A stretch of DNA of 46,909 bases from a virus (Duplodnaviria > Caudoviricetes). The notes beneath the pieces were generated by a model. The model ran no database searches. It was not told the DNA's origin and was given only the letters and a program-made list of their open reading frames with translations. Positions 8,901 through 17,519 of the stretch are shown one piece after another. Both the position numbers and the translations under genes were made by a program. The stretch is taken from positions 1 to 46,909 of the IMG/VR virus record IMGVR_UViG_3300043220_000102; one strand, written 5' to 3'. How positions within the stretch are numbered: position 1 is the first letter of the stretch; the number at the start of each line of letters is the position of its first letter.

Positions 8901-11206
8901 GCAGCACGGGCGGGAGCAGCCTCCCAAGCCTGCCCGGTGTCAGGATTGATACTGTCACGCCTAAGGCTCTCTTTCCGCACTGCGTCGTCTAGCTGTGCGT
9001 CCGTCCAGTCTGGGTGCAGTTGCGCTTGCACGCGGCGGAAGGAAGCCTTTTGTGACTCAATCCTAGCCACCATGTCGCCTGGACTAAAGCCGGGCTCCAC
9101 GCCCCACTGCCGAGCCACCGTACGTAGCTCACCCCTCTCTGCCGACATGGCTGCAATCTGCTCCTCAACGCTACCAAAGCCAGGGGTCGCCTCCTCCGCA
9201 GCGCGGGCGGGAACGCCCAGCCTTCCGAGCAACCGTTCTGCTTCCGGCGTAACGGTTCCGCCTACACCAACAATGCCCCTGTCCCCCGCCGCCTTCGTAA
9301 GCGCCTGCAAGGCGCGGCCCCGGCTCATCCCAGTAGCAGCAGGGTCGATCACCAGCGTTTCAAGGACATCACCCCTAGCAGTCCGAACAATCTCTGCGAA
9401 CCCGATTGCCTCTCCTGCCGTATTGCGGAAAATGAGTTCGTTGCCCCGCACTTCCAGGCCAGGAGCACCTTCGCCGCCGAACTCAAGAATCCCTCGGATT
9501 CTGCCCTCAGTCATCGGCTGCGCGGCTGTTACATCTACTCTGCCCGCAGCGGGGGCGGGAGCCGCTCCTGGGAGCGCTTCACGCGGTAGGTTGAGAACCG
9601 ACAACTCCGGCGTCTCCAACCGCACGGTAGCCCCGAACCGCCGCACCAACAGATCGGCCAGCTTCTTGTTCGTCACCGTGAGGCGAAGTTCGCGGTCGGG
9701 ATTGGCGGCTGCGAGTCTCCCGGCAACCTCCATCGCTTCCCTCACACCTTCCAGGCCGCGGCCAGAGACACGCTCAATATCCAGCCTGAGAATCTGTGGC
9801 GCCCCTGGCCGATCAAACGCCGGCGCTGCCACCTGGACCTCAATTCCGTCCGTCCGAATCGTGGCCCGTGCAACCTGCTCAGTTGCGCCCGGCACTTCTG
9901 GCTCGAACCTGACAACGTTCAGGTCTTCAGGAACCTGAAGTAGCTGGGATGGGCGGGCAGCCGGCGGAGCCACCTCGCCCGCAGCGCGGGCGGGACCCGC
10001 TTCGGCAGCCTCACGGGTTAGCGCCTCCACGCCCTGTTGCCCCAACTCTCGCTCAGCCGGGCTGATGGGCGCGGCCCCACTCAGCCAGCGCCCTGCGGCA
10101 GTAGCCAGTTCGCGGAGTTCGGCGCGGGTGGCAGCTCGGCCGCTGCGCGTGAGCAGCCGTGCGGCCAGCGGGACGCCCTTGGCAAGAACGCGCAGCACCT
10201 CGTCTGCGATAGGTATCGGGATCACATTGGACGGCACGAGAACTTCCGGCGCTACCGCCCCGCCAACAGCGGCCCCAATGTCCCGAGCGCGCTGAGTTCC
10301 GGAGATGTCGGGCACGCCTAATGCCCTGAGTGGCGGCGGTGTCGTGGGCGCAAGTTGTTGACCGATCAAGCCACCAGCGAACCGTCCTATCGGTTCAGTG
10401 ACAGGTCGCAGGAATTCCACTTCCGCCCTCAGCGCACTCAAGAGAGTCGTTCCCTCCGCCGGCAGTTGCTCTCGCCCCAGTCCGGGAACTATCCCGCCTT
10501 CCCGCTGTATCCGGTTGCTCAGGTTGGCCGCGGCGGTCGGGCTGAGTATGTCGGGAAACCTCTGCGCGATGTCCACGAGTGTGCCGCCGAAGTCTGTCTG
10601 CTGCCCTTCTATGCCGGCAAGTCCCGCAATCGCCATGCCGGTTTCCTCTTCCGCAAGCGGCTGTCGCACCTGGTCTATGAATGCCCGCGCTTCAGGGTGG
10701 CCCCCCTCGGCAGCCTCCGCGATAGCCTGGAACTCTTCCGGTCTCAGGCCGGTCTCTCGCAGGACGGCCCCCAGGTGGCCCGCAGCCCTTGGTGTGAACC
10801 TTCCGCGACGAAACACATCGCCGCGTGCGCCCTCTTCGAGCGCCGCTCCGAACTCGCGGGCAGACCGAGCGCCCGCACCGAGATCGAGGTCCACCAGATC
10901 GCGCCTAAGCGGTATCGGGGGGTCGGGCGCAAATCCCGTGGCAAGCGCGGTCAGGGTGTCGGTGGGTCGCCGAAGCCCAAACGCAGGAGGAGGCGGTGGA
11001 GGTGGCCCCACCGTAGGCCGCTGAAGGTTGAACATCCCCTGAGACGACGCAAGCTCGGTGAGGCTCTGGTCGGTGGCGGTAGTCGCGCTCTGAAGCCCCT
11101 CCGCCAGCATGGGGCCGAGGCCGCCTACAACCTCCTCGCGCCGGCGCTGGAAGCGCTCAGTGCGAAGTCTCGCGCCGGGACTGTCCCAACCTGCTCCGAT
11201 GGGCAT
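5993..11206 (-). CDS. Giant (1737 aa) putative internal virion/ejection protein, polyvalent-protein-like, with GNAT-like cassettes
   Basis: Size, position, Ala/Gly-rich helical segments; ETLVIDPAATGMSRGRALQAL...TPEAERLLGRLG resembles a GNAT fold. Confidence 0.7.
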   Translation of the reverse strand: MPIGAGWDSPGARLRTERFQRRREEVVGGLGPMLAEGLQSATTATDQSLTELASSQGMFNLQRPTVGPPPPPPPAFGLRRPTDTLTALATGFAPDPPIPLRRDLVDLDLGAGARSAREFGAALEEGARGDVFRRGRFTPRAAGHLGAVLRETGLRPEEFQAIAEAAEGGHPEARAFIDQVRQPLAEEETGMAIAGLAGIEGQQTDFGGTLVDIAQRFPDILSPTAAANLSNRIQREGGIVPGLGREQLPAEGTTLLSALRAEVEFLRPVTEPIGRFAGGLIGQQLAPTTPPPLRALGVPDISGTQRARDIGAAVGGAVAPEVLVPSNVIPIPIADEVLRVLAKGVPLAARLLTRSGRAATRAELRELATAAGRWLSGAAPISPAERELGQQGVEALTREAAEAGPARAAGEVAPPAARPSQLLQVPEDLNVVRFEPEVPGATEQVARATIRTDGIEVQVAAPAFDRPGAPQILRLDIERVSGRGLEGVREAMEVAGRLAAANPDRELRLTVTNKKLADLLVRRFGATVRLETPELSVLNLPREALPGAAPAPAAGRVDVTAAQPMTEGRIRGILEFGGEGAPGLEVRGNELIFRNTAGEAIGFAEIVRTARGDVLETLVIDPAATGMSRGRALQALTKAAGDRGIVGVGGTVTPEAERLLGRLGVPARAAEEATPGFGSVEEQIAAMSAERGELRTVARQWGVEPGFSPGDMVARIESQKASFRRVQAQLHPDWTDAQLDDAVRKESLRRDSINPDTGQAWEAAPARAAGEPVPQVAGGSPLTAAEVASRRAAGADLLAEAIPQSGSRAGRDVWRRFFGARQLSAKERLVWSRQVYRDAERGGFKIAARGETQADEVVGIMERVMSEQRAPINNFPERQRPFVQSLYDRIDRTTQRLVDADPDFANIALEDYFPHLFKPIKPGAARLGSATGFVTKPGFKRPRKLTGTLGEILNDRPDLDLVSWDPVDFVTRHEAAADNYIASLEAIRAGKASGHILPTSQAPAGWVRPDFAPFKLRQTLQHWVMEPKFAQTMEQMFGKSAFDKHGVLKLAKQARTTAFGLKVFGGLFQQLDFMWRGAGLGVSELARGRPAQALKAGAAWPRAIARGLSPGVDDALNKAALKNPELKALYDHGLAAGVDPSFSETALRDVAGELAPIPGVRQVLETLTTKWYGRFHTEMLEQAALVNLQKNLRKGLPLEEAARLAVEETNVFFSSIPAWQSVWKSATVRDAMKFPFFATGELEGWFRLPVQAPAGFAGMMATTVAVAEMMSLAFTGKPLSLEQLTPFQRERDGLKPSNILTGDIPFVDFNTGFLRPELPWKGPMGRTLYLDLLGQADTPFRWALDPGFATQTRLGQLPRLAIDLASIARGEAPPFGEVVKGPLDALQFVLQQVSPISISGLTGTERGRIGVAGAGTQVGGFNVSAEPLFELLGRRFEELTGQSFNRETDFVRARQMPELASILEEMRNQGVAVGSEGAVAAEAREEVVQQAARDSLTQFADGVRAGNADAGQRFGEKFSDWKTFAAGAAELLHFGRDFTDPTTPEGQILAEFYEITPDAFLDGDPEEGTFTTDWVAFENARDEKLAQMPQEWRDAYEAQLRLPPELQDVEARYNAARELRNELEDVGEFEGLSREDYQLVKRLRAAVTRAREEAWNDPGRSGRELAPVRSFIETEGQRLGYDERLINWTLALTSERHRARNYNPAYVDFLAEHEAELRLFYPQLFTRRVTDELLRRS
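8894..9995. repeat. Four dispersed in-frame ~20-bp direct repeats (PARAAGE-like linker)
   Basis: Copies at 8894-8915, 9191-9212, 9542-9560 and 9974-9995; minus-strand consensus TCCCGCCCGCGCTGCGGGCGAG. Confidence 0.8.
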
Positions 11207-11219
11207 GGGCTAGCGCCCC

Positions 11220-12734
11220 TTACCTCAGCGCAGCCGTGCTGAACTGGCTGGCGGTGCCCCTGGGTGTGAAGAAGCCCAGTTCCCGCACTTGCTGCTCGTC
11301 GCTCATGCCCGAAATCCTCCAGGCACTTTGCAGCAGCCCCTTCGTGTCGGGATCGAGTGTGCGCCAGACGCCTGCGAGTTGTCGCGGCGCCGGCAGGAAG
11401 ATGCTCGGCCCGCTTCGGTCAGGCAAGCCCTGGTCGTCCACGGAGAGCGGCATACGCAGCGGTGCCGCCCTCTGAGCGAACGGACGCAACTCGGCGGGCG
11501 GTACCCCAGTCAGCGGCTCACCGCCAAACTGCCCCATCTCCCCTATCTCTGCGAGTGGAAGCGCGGTCGCTTCCTCGGGGTTCAGTCCCATCCGCTGGAC
11601 ATCCAGTAGGCCGCCGATCTTGCGGATGTCGCCCTCTGGGCTACGGAAGAAGAACTCGTCTGTGCCTTGTGCCTGAAGTAGGGAGGGGCGAACGCCCAAC
11701 ATCCCGAACGTCTCAGCCGCACGGCCCGGCTGAAGTGTTAGCCCCTCGCCACCGAAGCTGCCGAAGGCCCCGGAGATCGCCTGGCCTTGAGGCCCCGTCT
11801 GGCCTAGGGGAATCTGCCCCTCGAAGCCAATCGCCTGAAAGGCAGGCTGTAGCCCGCGGGCAATGGCCGGGGCGGTTTGCGCGAAAGGATCGAACTCCTC
11901 GAGTCCACCCTGAGCCTTTCTGGTGAGGGGGATGACGCGGACTGTGCCCTGAGGCGTGAACTCCACGACTTCGGGCCCGGCCTCACCGACCAGCATCCCG
12001 TGCCCTGTGCCCTCGGTGCCGCCCGCGAAGCCTGGTTGCGGGCGCGGGAGGCCGCCCCGAACGGTCTGCCTGAGTCCGGCCGCCTGTTCCTCTTGCTGAG
12101 CCAGCGTAGCCCCCGCTCCCAGCGGCTCCGGTATCGGCTCTCCGGCGACGCCGCGTAGCTGTTCCTCGAAGGCGCGTTGTGGTGTCTGGCCGATCGAGAG
12201 CGCACCCTGGGCCGCCAGGCCACCACGGATCACGTCCTTCCCGAAGAGTTGGGTAGCGAGGGTGCGCGCCTGGTCACGGAGCCCGGTCTGCTGCTGGATG
12301 AGCCCTGCGGCTTCGGCCGCGGCGTCGCGCTTCAGGCCAAACTGGCGCTGCTTCTCCGCCTCCTCAGCCGAGAAGGCCTGCTGTGCCTCGCGTTCGCCAG
12401 TCCGAAAGCCGCGCTCTTCGGTCTCCAACTGCCGGCGTTGCTCGAAGCTGAGGCCGCCACCGCCGGCAGCGCCCTGCGGCATAATGCGGCTCTGGCGCTG
12501 ATTACCCTCGGCGTCGATCTCAACGTGGGAGCCGAGAGCGGTCATAAAGACGCCACCTTCGGGAAGGCGGATTGGCTGAGCACCTGGCTTCGTCAGCCAA
12601 AGGTCTTTGCTGCCGCCCCGGCCCTGTATAAGGACGCCGAGAAAGTCGCCCGTATTCGGATCAAAGAGCGGGCGACCAAGCGCACTCGTGCCGCCTCCAC
12701 CCTCTTCAGCAAAACGCGGATCACCGTTCGACAT
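11220..12734 (-). CDS. Putative internal virion/ejection protein, 504 aa
   Basis: Gly/Gln/Ala-rich with a coiled-coil part; FAGG...LVGEAGPEVV...VIP motif. Confidence 0.6.
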   Translation of the reverse strand: MSNGDPRFAEEGGGGTSALGRPLFDPNTGDFLGVLIQGRGGSKDLWLTKPGAQPIRLPEGGVFMTALGSHVEIDAEGNQRQSRIMPQGAAGGGGLSFEQRRQLETEERGFRTGEREAQQAFSAEEAEKQRQFGLKRDAAAEAAGLIQQQTGLRDQARTLATQLFGKDVIRGGLAAQGALSIGQTPQRAFEEQLRGVAGEPIPEPLGAGATLAQQEEQAAGLRQTVRGGLPRPQPGFAGGTEGTGHGMLVGEAGPEVVEFTPQGTVRVIPLTRKAQGGLEEFDPFAQTAPAIARGLQPAFQAIGFEGQIPLGQTGPQGQAISGAFGSFGGEGLTLQPGRAAETFGMLGVRPSLLQAQGTDEFFFRSPEGDIRKIGGLLDVQRMGLNPEEATALPLAEIGEMGQFGGEPLTGVPPAELRPFAQRAAPLRMPLSVDDQGLPDRSGPSIFLPAPRQLAGVWRTLDPDTKGLLQSAWRISGMSDEQQVRELGFFTPRGTASQFSTAALR

Positions 12735-13032
12735 TGTCTTCCTCCGCTAGTTCCTTCGCGGCGCGTTCCAGCCGCAGCACGAGGCGCCTCGGGATGGGCT
12801 TCTCAGGCGTCAACTGGTAGCGAGCCGAGAGTTCGTCAAACTGCGACTCGATGAGCAGCGGGTTGCCCAGAAGGGCGCGATGTGAGGCCACGCGCTCCTG
12901 GCGTGAGAGTTTGCGCCCCACGGCCGGGCTGGTGATCAGCTTGTTCACGTCGCGGAGCAGCTCGAGGTTTAGCCCGCCACCCACCTCGGTTGCCTCACGC
13001 AGCAGGCCCATCATGTCATCGCTGCCACTCAT
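12721..13032 (-). CDS. Hypothetical protein, 103 aa
   Basis: ATGA overlap with the portal stop. Confidence 0.7.
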   Translation of the reverse strand: MSGSDDMMGLLREATEVGGGLNLELLRDVNKLITSPAVGRKLSRQERVASHRALLGNPLLIESQFDELSARYQLTPEKPIPRRLVLRLERAAKELAEEDNVER

Positions 13033-14942
13033 GGCGCTACCACCGCCGGCTTCGGCCCTCCGGGCTGGGCGCTCAGCGGCGCACCAGCACGATTGGCGCT
13101 GCGGGCCGCCGAGCCGCGCACGGTTTGATTCACCCCCGGCGGGAGGCTACCAGCCCGCTGGTCGAACTCCTCCATGCTCATGCCCTCGCCCTCTGCTAAC
13201 TCGACCTCCGCCTCTTCGAGCCAGTTCTTCTCGCGCCATGCAGCCATAGCATCACCCGTGAGGAAGCGCTCGATCTCGGACTGCTTGAACTCCTCGAACG
13301 GCTGCTCAATGTCCAGCATGACTTCCATCACCCGGAATATGCTCAGCGGTAGCCGCGCCTGCTTGATCTGCACCATCGCCTGGATGGCCGTCTGGATCAT
13401 GGCGATCTGGCTCGTCGGCGCCTGCAGCTTGAACTCGCCCTTCAGCCGCGGCACCCAGTTCTCCAAATCCTTCGGGTCGAGCGTGACAGTCCCGCCCTCT
13501 TCGTCGCCGCGCATCAGGACGATCGGCTCGCCGAAGGCCTCCACGCAGGCCATTAGGCTCTCGGCGTGGTCGATGTGGGCGGAGACGATGGAGGTCGTGA
13601 GCTCCTTCAGGCGCGACTTCGCCTGCTCGGTGATCTGGTTCAGGGACCAAGCCGGCATGGACGCCGCGAGGGCACCGCCGCTCAGCGCCTCGTGGGCGCC
13701 GGTCTGGTCGCGGATGGTGTCGCGCTGTAAGCCCATCAGCTCGGTATTGTGTTGGCCGAACTCGGGCACGTGCAGCGCCGTGATGTCCTCTCTGCCCTCG
13801 CCGGTAGTGGTGTCCCCCGCCCGCAACACCAGGATGTCTTGCGAGAGTATCTTCTCGAGGCGCGAGCCTTCCTCGCTGCCCGCGTCGTCTTGCAGGTGCG
13901 CCTTGAGCCAGGGCAGGACGTGCGCGAAGCTCGCTGTCGCGGCCTCCGAGGCCCGGCGGTCCAACTGCGGGATCATGAAGCGGACATCGTGGAGTACGGA
14001 CTTCCAGTATTGCCCGGGGACCTTCGACATGCCGGTTTTCCCGGCCAGGATGCGGATCGGGCACCGGTTCATCCCATGCTCGATAGAGCGGAGAATCTTG
14101 GTGCCCTTCACCCCGCCCCAGTGAACGAACGCGAAGTGGTGCCCAGGCTCGTCGTCAATGACACCGTAAGCCACCCACTTGCGGTTGGCGTAAATGGCGA
14201 GGGTGACAGGCTCGAACCAGTTCTCTTTCTCCTCCGGTATCACGTCGCTCAATTCCTCGGCGCTGAAGATGTCCGCAAGTTCGTACCAGGTAGTCTTGAC
14301 CTGTGACAGCGCGAGGTCGTTGAGCGAGCCGAGGCTGGGCGGGAAGGTGCTCTCGGCCGGCAGATCGCGCCAGAGGATGGGGATGGGCGCCCTACGCCGC
14401 CAGTCGCCTGTGCGCTTCTGGAAGTCTGTCTCCTTCTCCTCCTCGCCCTTGTGAGGGTACTTCTCGGCCCAGTAGGCGCTCCCGGGGAGGTACAATCCCG
14501 CCTCCCGCCCCAGGCTGATGAGCTGCTTCGTCTGCCGCTGCCAGGGCGAGTCCGTCGGCGGGTTGAGCTGGTCGAAGAGCTCGCCCACGGCGATCTCCAA
14601 CTCGTCCGACTTGGCGACGTTGCGGGTGCCGGTCCCGAACCACTGGAAGCCGATCCGCGGCGGGACCGAGTGCAGGTTGTAGAGCACATCGACGGTGCGC
14701 GCCGCCTCGCCCAGCGACATCCGCTCGGGCTCGAGGCGGTTCTTGCGGTCGGGGGCGTTGGTGTCCTGGTGCTTGACGGCGTGCTCGTCGTTGATGAGGT
14801 CGATGAAGACTCTGTCGAGCGCCCGCTGTTCGCCCCAGCCGGCCCGGCTGTTGCCGATCCAGTCGAAGAGCTCTCGAACGGTGGCTTCGGTGGGCTCGGC
14901 GTCGAGGTCGCGGGGAATGGCGAGGCCCTCCACAAAAGGCAC
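13029..14942 (-). CDS. Portal protein
   Basis: 637 aa downstream of TerL; IEHGMNRCPIRI and IRDQTG...LSG segments; helical C-terminus. Confidence 0.8.
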   Translation of the reverse strand: MPFVEGLAIPRDLDAEPTEATVRELFDWIGNSRAGWGEQRALDRVFIDLINDEHAVKHQDTNAPDRKNRLEPERMSLGEAARTVDVLYNLHSVPPRIGFQWFGTGTRNVAKSDELEIAVGELFDQLNPPTDSPWQRQTKQLISLGREAGLYLPGSAYWAEKYPHKGEEEKETDFQKRTGDWRRRAPIPILWRDLPAESTFPPSLGSLNDLALSQVKTTWYELADIFSAEELSDVIPEEKENWFEPVTLAIYANRKWVAYGVIDDEPGHHFAFVHWGGVKGTKILRSIEHGMNRCPIRILAGKTGMSKVPGQYWKSVLHDVRFMIPQLDRRASEAATASFAHVLPWLKAHLQDDAGSEEGSRLEKILSQDILVLRAGDTTTGEGREDITALHVPEFGQHNTELMGLQRDTIRDQTGAHEALSGGALAASMPAWSLNQITEQAKSRLKELTTSIVSAHIDHAESLMACVEAFGEPIVLMRGDEEGGTVTLDPKDLENWVPRLKGEFKLQAPTSQIAMIQTAIQAMVQIKQARLPLSIFRVMEVMLDIEQPFEEFKQSEIERFLTGDAMAAWREKNWLEEAEVELAEGEGMSMEEFDQRAGSLPPGVNQTVRGSAARSANRAGAPLSAQPGGPKPAVVAP

Positions 14943-14958
14943 GCCGTCGCCTTAGATG

Positions 14959-15102
14959 CTAGTTGCTGGGCTTCAGTCTGTCAAGGCGCTGGAAGCCGTG
15001 CAGGCTGCTATAGTCTCGGGCGATCTTCCGTGCGACTCGTACATACCGGACACGCCGCACGGCCCAGCGCATCTTCCGGCGGGCGAGGTAGCGCCTAAGC
15101 AC
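14959..15102 (-). CDS. 47-aa Arg-rich microprotein
   Basis: GTG start overlapping the upstream stop; MLRRYLARRKMRWAVRRVRYVRVARK... Confidence 0.4.
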   Translation of the reverse strand: MLRRYLARRKMRWAVRRVRYVRVARKIARDYSSLHGFQRLDRLKPSN

Positions 15103-15451
15103 CGTCTGCTTCCAACGGGTCTTCTAGCTCTCGCCAGTTGTTGATGATGACCGGAGCAGCGGACACTAGCAGTTCCTCCTTCACGTATTCCAGAGTCCCA
15201 ATCGTGAAGTCGGCCGTGTGCTCAATTGAGTATCCCGGCACCCCAGCGAAATGCCCGACAACCGTGAACTCTGGATAGTGTTTCCCGCCGCCATCCCAAG
15301 ACGTATCCTTCATAGGCTCCCAGGCCACCTCGAACGGTGGCGGATAAGTCTCGTGAATGCGCTTCTCAGCCACTTCGGGTGAATCGACGACGAACATCGT
15401 GTGCCGTTGCTCGTATTCGCCCGTTTCTACTTGCCAGACTTCAGCCATCAC
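15095..15451 (-). CDS. Hypothetical protein, 118 aa, between TerL and portal
   Basis: Start overlaps the TerL stop (GTGA). Confidence 0.65.
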   Translation of the reverse strand: MMAEVWQVETGEYEQRHTMFVVDSPEVAEKRIHETYPPPFEVAWEPMKDTSWDGGGKHYPEFTVVGHFAGVPGYSIEHTADFTIGTLEYVKEELLVSAAPVIINNWRELEDPLEADGA

Positions 15452-16782
15452 ATCTCACCATACACCCTCACCGGCTTCGTCTGCCGCCGGCCCGGAGCCT
15501 TCTTCCCGTCATACTCGCAGAGGACGTTGGCCGTGGCATCGAAAATATGGTCGTCGTCGCCGCGCTCGAAGTCGTCCGTCATGATCTCCTCTGCCCGGCC
15601 CTGCTGCTTCGTTCTCTTCCACGACAGCCCCTCAAGTTCCCGAATCAGGTTCGGGCACTCCGGCGTGATGTACAGCCCCGGCATCTTCGTCCCAGCGTCC
15701 ACGTTCAGCCGCGCCCCGACAAACTGCACCCTGAGCGCAATCCTGTTCCCGTGCCGCGCCTTCTGGACCTTGAACCCCAGCGCCCTCAGCGCCTCCATCT
15801 GCGCCTTCCCAGAGGGGTCGGCGATCCACTTGTTGAAGCCGCACTCGCGCTGCATCTCCGCCATCGCCCGCGCCAGCTCGTCCATCGTCGCCTCGCGCTT
15901 GTACCACTCCTTGAACGCCCAGGCCCGGCCGCCGGCGCCCAGCCCCACCGCCACCAGCGCGGTCGGTGAGACACCCCCGAAGTCGATGCCCCCCAGCCGC
16001 TCCTTCAGCACGGCCCTCCCCGCGGCGTCCAGCGTCTTCACATGGTCGTACCGCGTGAACTGAGGGAACACCTGACCCGCCATCTGCAACCACTGCCCGC
16101 CGAGTTCCTGCCGGGCGAGCGGGTTGTCCCAGCCCTGGTAAGTGTTCAGGAGCCGCGCCACATACCCCGGCGGCGCTATCCCCCCGTCCTCCGCGTCCTG
16201 CGTGGACGTGAAGAACGTCTCCACTCCTTTCATCGGCTTGTCAACGAACCGGCGCCAGACCCAATTGCGCCCCTTCGGCGTCCCGGTGGACTTTAGTTGG
16301 TAGAGGTAGCCCGGCTGTCTGAGCCGCCCGGCGAGGATGTCGAAGGCTTCCTCCTGCTTCCCCAGCGTCAGCTCGTCCATCAACACCCGCGCCAAGTTCG
16401 GGCCCCGAAGCCGATCGGCCTGCACGTCTACGGACCGGAACCAGAGTGTAGAACCGTTGGCGTAGGTGATGTCGATAGGAGGTTGGCGCGTCATGGAGAA
16501 GAACGTCCCCTGCTGACCGGCGTAGCAGTCGTCCACGGTCGGCACGAGGATGTCCTTCACCATCTGCCAGGTCGGCTCGGTAAGAATCTGGCGGGAGCCG
16601 GGGCAGGACCAGGCGTAGTCGAAAGCATCCACCACGAGAGCGCGGGTTTTCCCAATGCCGATTCCCCCGTAGTAGAGAGGGTAGGACGCCCGGCTCAGGT
16701 AGAAGTCGCGTTGGGGATAGCCGCCGTCGTGGCGAATCTTGGTGAAGTCGGTGACAGGGGGCGCGTCAGTTGCGACGACCAT
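15448..16782 (-). CDS. terL: Terminase large subunit
   Basis: Walker A GGIGIGKT, LRGPN, Walker B VLMDE, coupling motif TGTPKG, nuclease GIDFG, ADPS and DDHIFDA. Confidence 0.95.
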   Translation of the reverse strand: MVVATDAPPVTDFTKIRHDGGYPQRDFYLSRASYPLYYGGIGIGKTRALVVDAFDYAWSCPGSRQILTEPTWQMVKDILVPTVDDCYAGQQGTFFSMTRQPPIDITYANGSTLWFRSVDVQADRLRGPNLARVLMDELTLGKQEEAFDILAGRLRQPGYLYQLKSTGTPKGRNWVWRRFVDKPMKGVETFFTSTQDAEDGGIAPPGYVARLLNTYQGWDNPLARQELGGQWLQMAGQVFPQFTRYDHVKTLDAAGRAVLKERLGGIDFGGVSPTALVAVGLGAGGRAWAFKEWYKREATMDELARAMAEMQRECGFNKWIADPSGKAQMEALRALGFKVQKARHGNRIALRVQFVGARLNVDAGTKMPGLYITPECPNLIRELEGLSWKRTKQQGRAEEIMTDDFERGDDDHIFDATANVLCEYDGKKAPGRRQTKPVRVYGEM

Positions 16783-16962
16783 CTAATTCCGGGCAATCGT
16801 CGGGTAGCATCGCAGGCACTTCCCGTCGCGCTTGCCGCTCAGCATGTGTCTCCCGTGCGCCAGCATCTCCGCCGTCAGCACGACCCCTTTGTTGTTCGCG
16901 TACCAGTCCGACAAGAAGCTGTGCCTCACGATTCGGTCCAGCACGTCCCCTCGCTCAGCCAC
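16783..16962 (-). CDS. Hypothetical protein, 59 aa
   Basis: GTG behind GGAGGAG; CLRC motif; abuts the TerL start. Confidence 0.55.
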   Translation of the reverse strand: MAERGDVLDRIVRHSFLSDWYANNKGVVLTAEMLAHGRHMLSGKRDGKCLRCYPTIARN

Positions 16963-17062
16963 GGCTCCTCCATTCCATGTCGGCCAGCCATGCCAGGCCA
17001 AAGAGGAGCAAGCCCCCACCGACGGTAACGCCCAGCATCAGCCACCCCAACTGATCAATCAT
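16955..17062 (-). CDS. 35-aa single-pass membrane microprotein
   Basis: MIDQLGWLMLGVTVGGGLLLFGLAWL; ATGA overlap. Confidence 0.55.
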   Translation of the reverse strand: MIDQLGWLMLGVTVGGGLLLFGLAWLADMEWRSRG

Positions 17063-17313
17063 CCCGGCAGCGGCTCCTGCTTGGCGCTCGATTCGGGCCT
17101 GAAGCCTGGAATGTGAGAAGCGGCGTGATCCTCGGGGGCCTCCGGCGGCCCCAGGGGCATCTTGGCCAACTCGCGTGCGTGCCGATAGAGGCGCAGTTCC
17201 TCCCGCAGCATGTGCCGGCCCTGGGCATTGATGTAGCGGTCCTGCTCCTCCGCCAGCTCCTTGAGCTGCGCGTAGTCCTCGTCGTTGAGCGTGATCGCAA
17301 CGGTGTTGCTCAT
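17059..17313 (-). CDS. Ribbon-helix-helix (Arc/CopG-like) DNA-binding protein
   Basis: VAITLNDEDYAQLKELAEEQDRYINAQGRHMLREEL. Confidence 0.7.
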   Translation of the reverse strand: MSNTVAITLNDEDYAQLKELAEEQDRYINAQGRHMLREELRLYRHARELAKMPLGPPEAPEDHAASHIPGFRPESSAKQEPLPG

Positions 17314-17519
17314 GAAACCTCCCTAATATCGACTTGGGCATCTTCGCCGGGACATTCGTCTACCCGCGCCAACGTCTGCCCCGTCGCGCAGTCCAGGTAA
17401 TACTTCACAACTCGGACAGGGTTACCGATCACACCGGCGCCCTCGGTAACCTTGATCTCCAACACCCGCAGTGCCCGGGCAGGACCCATCAACTCGGTTA
17501 GGCGACGCTGAACCATCAT
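17310..17519 (-). CDS. Hypothetical phage protein, 69 aa
   Basis: GGGAGG RBS; flanked by a 15-bp direct repeat. Confidence 0.65.
   Translation of the reverse strand: MMVQRRLTELMGPARALRVLEIKVTEGAGVIGNPVRVVKYYLDCATGQTLARVDECPGEDAQVDIREVS

Noticed and set aside
8526-9938. 470-aa plus-strand ORF and other long antisense ORFs (e.g. 13174-14124, 7679-8713)
   Set aside because: Shadow frames of GC-rich minus-strand genes; Ser/Pro/Arg-rich with no RBS or motifs.
8894-9995. CRISPR array
   Set aside because: Spacing of 297-435 bp, degenerate repeats, in frame within a CDS, and no cas genes.
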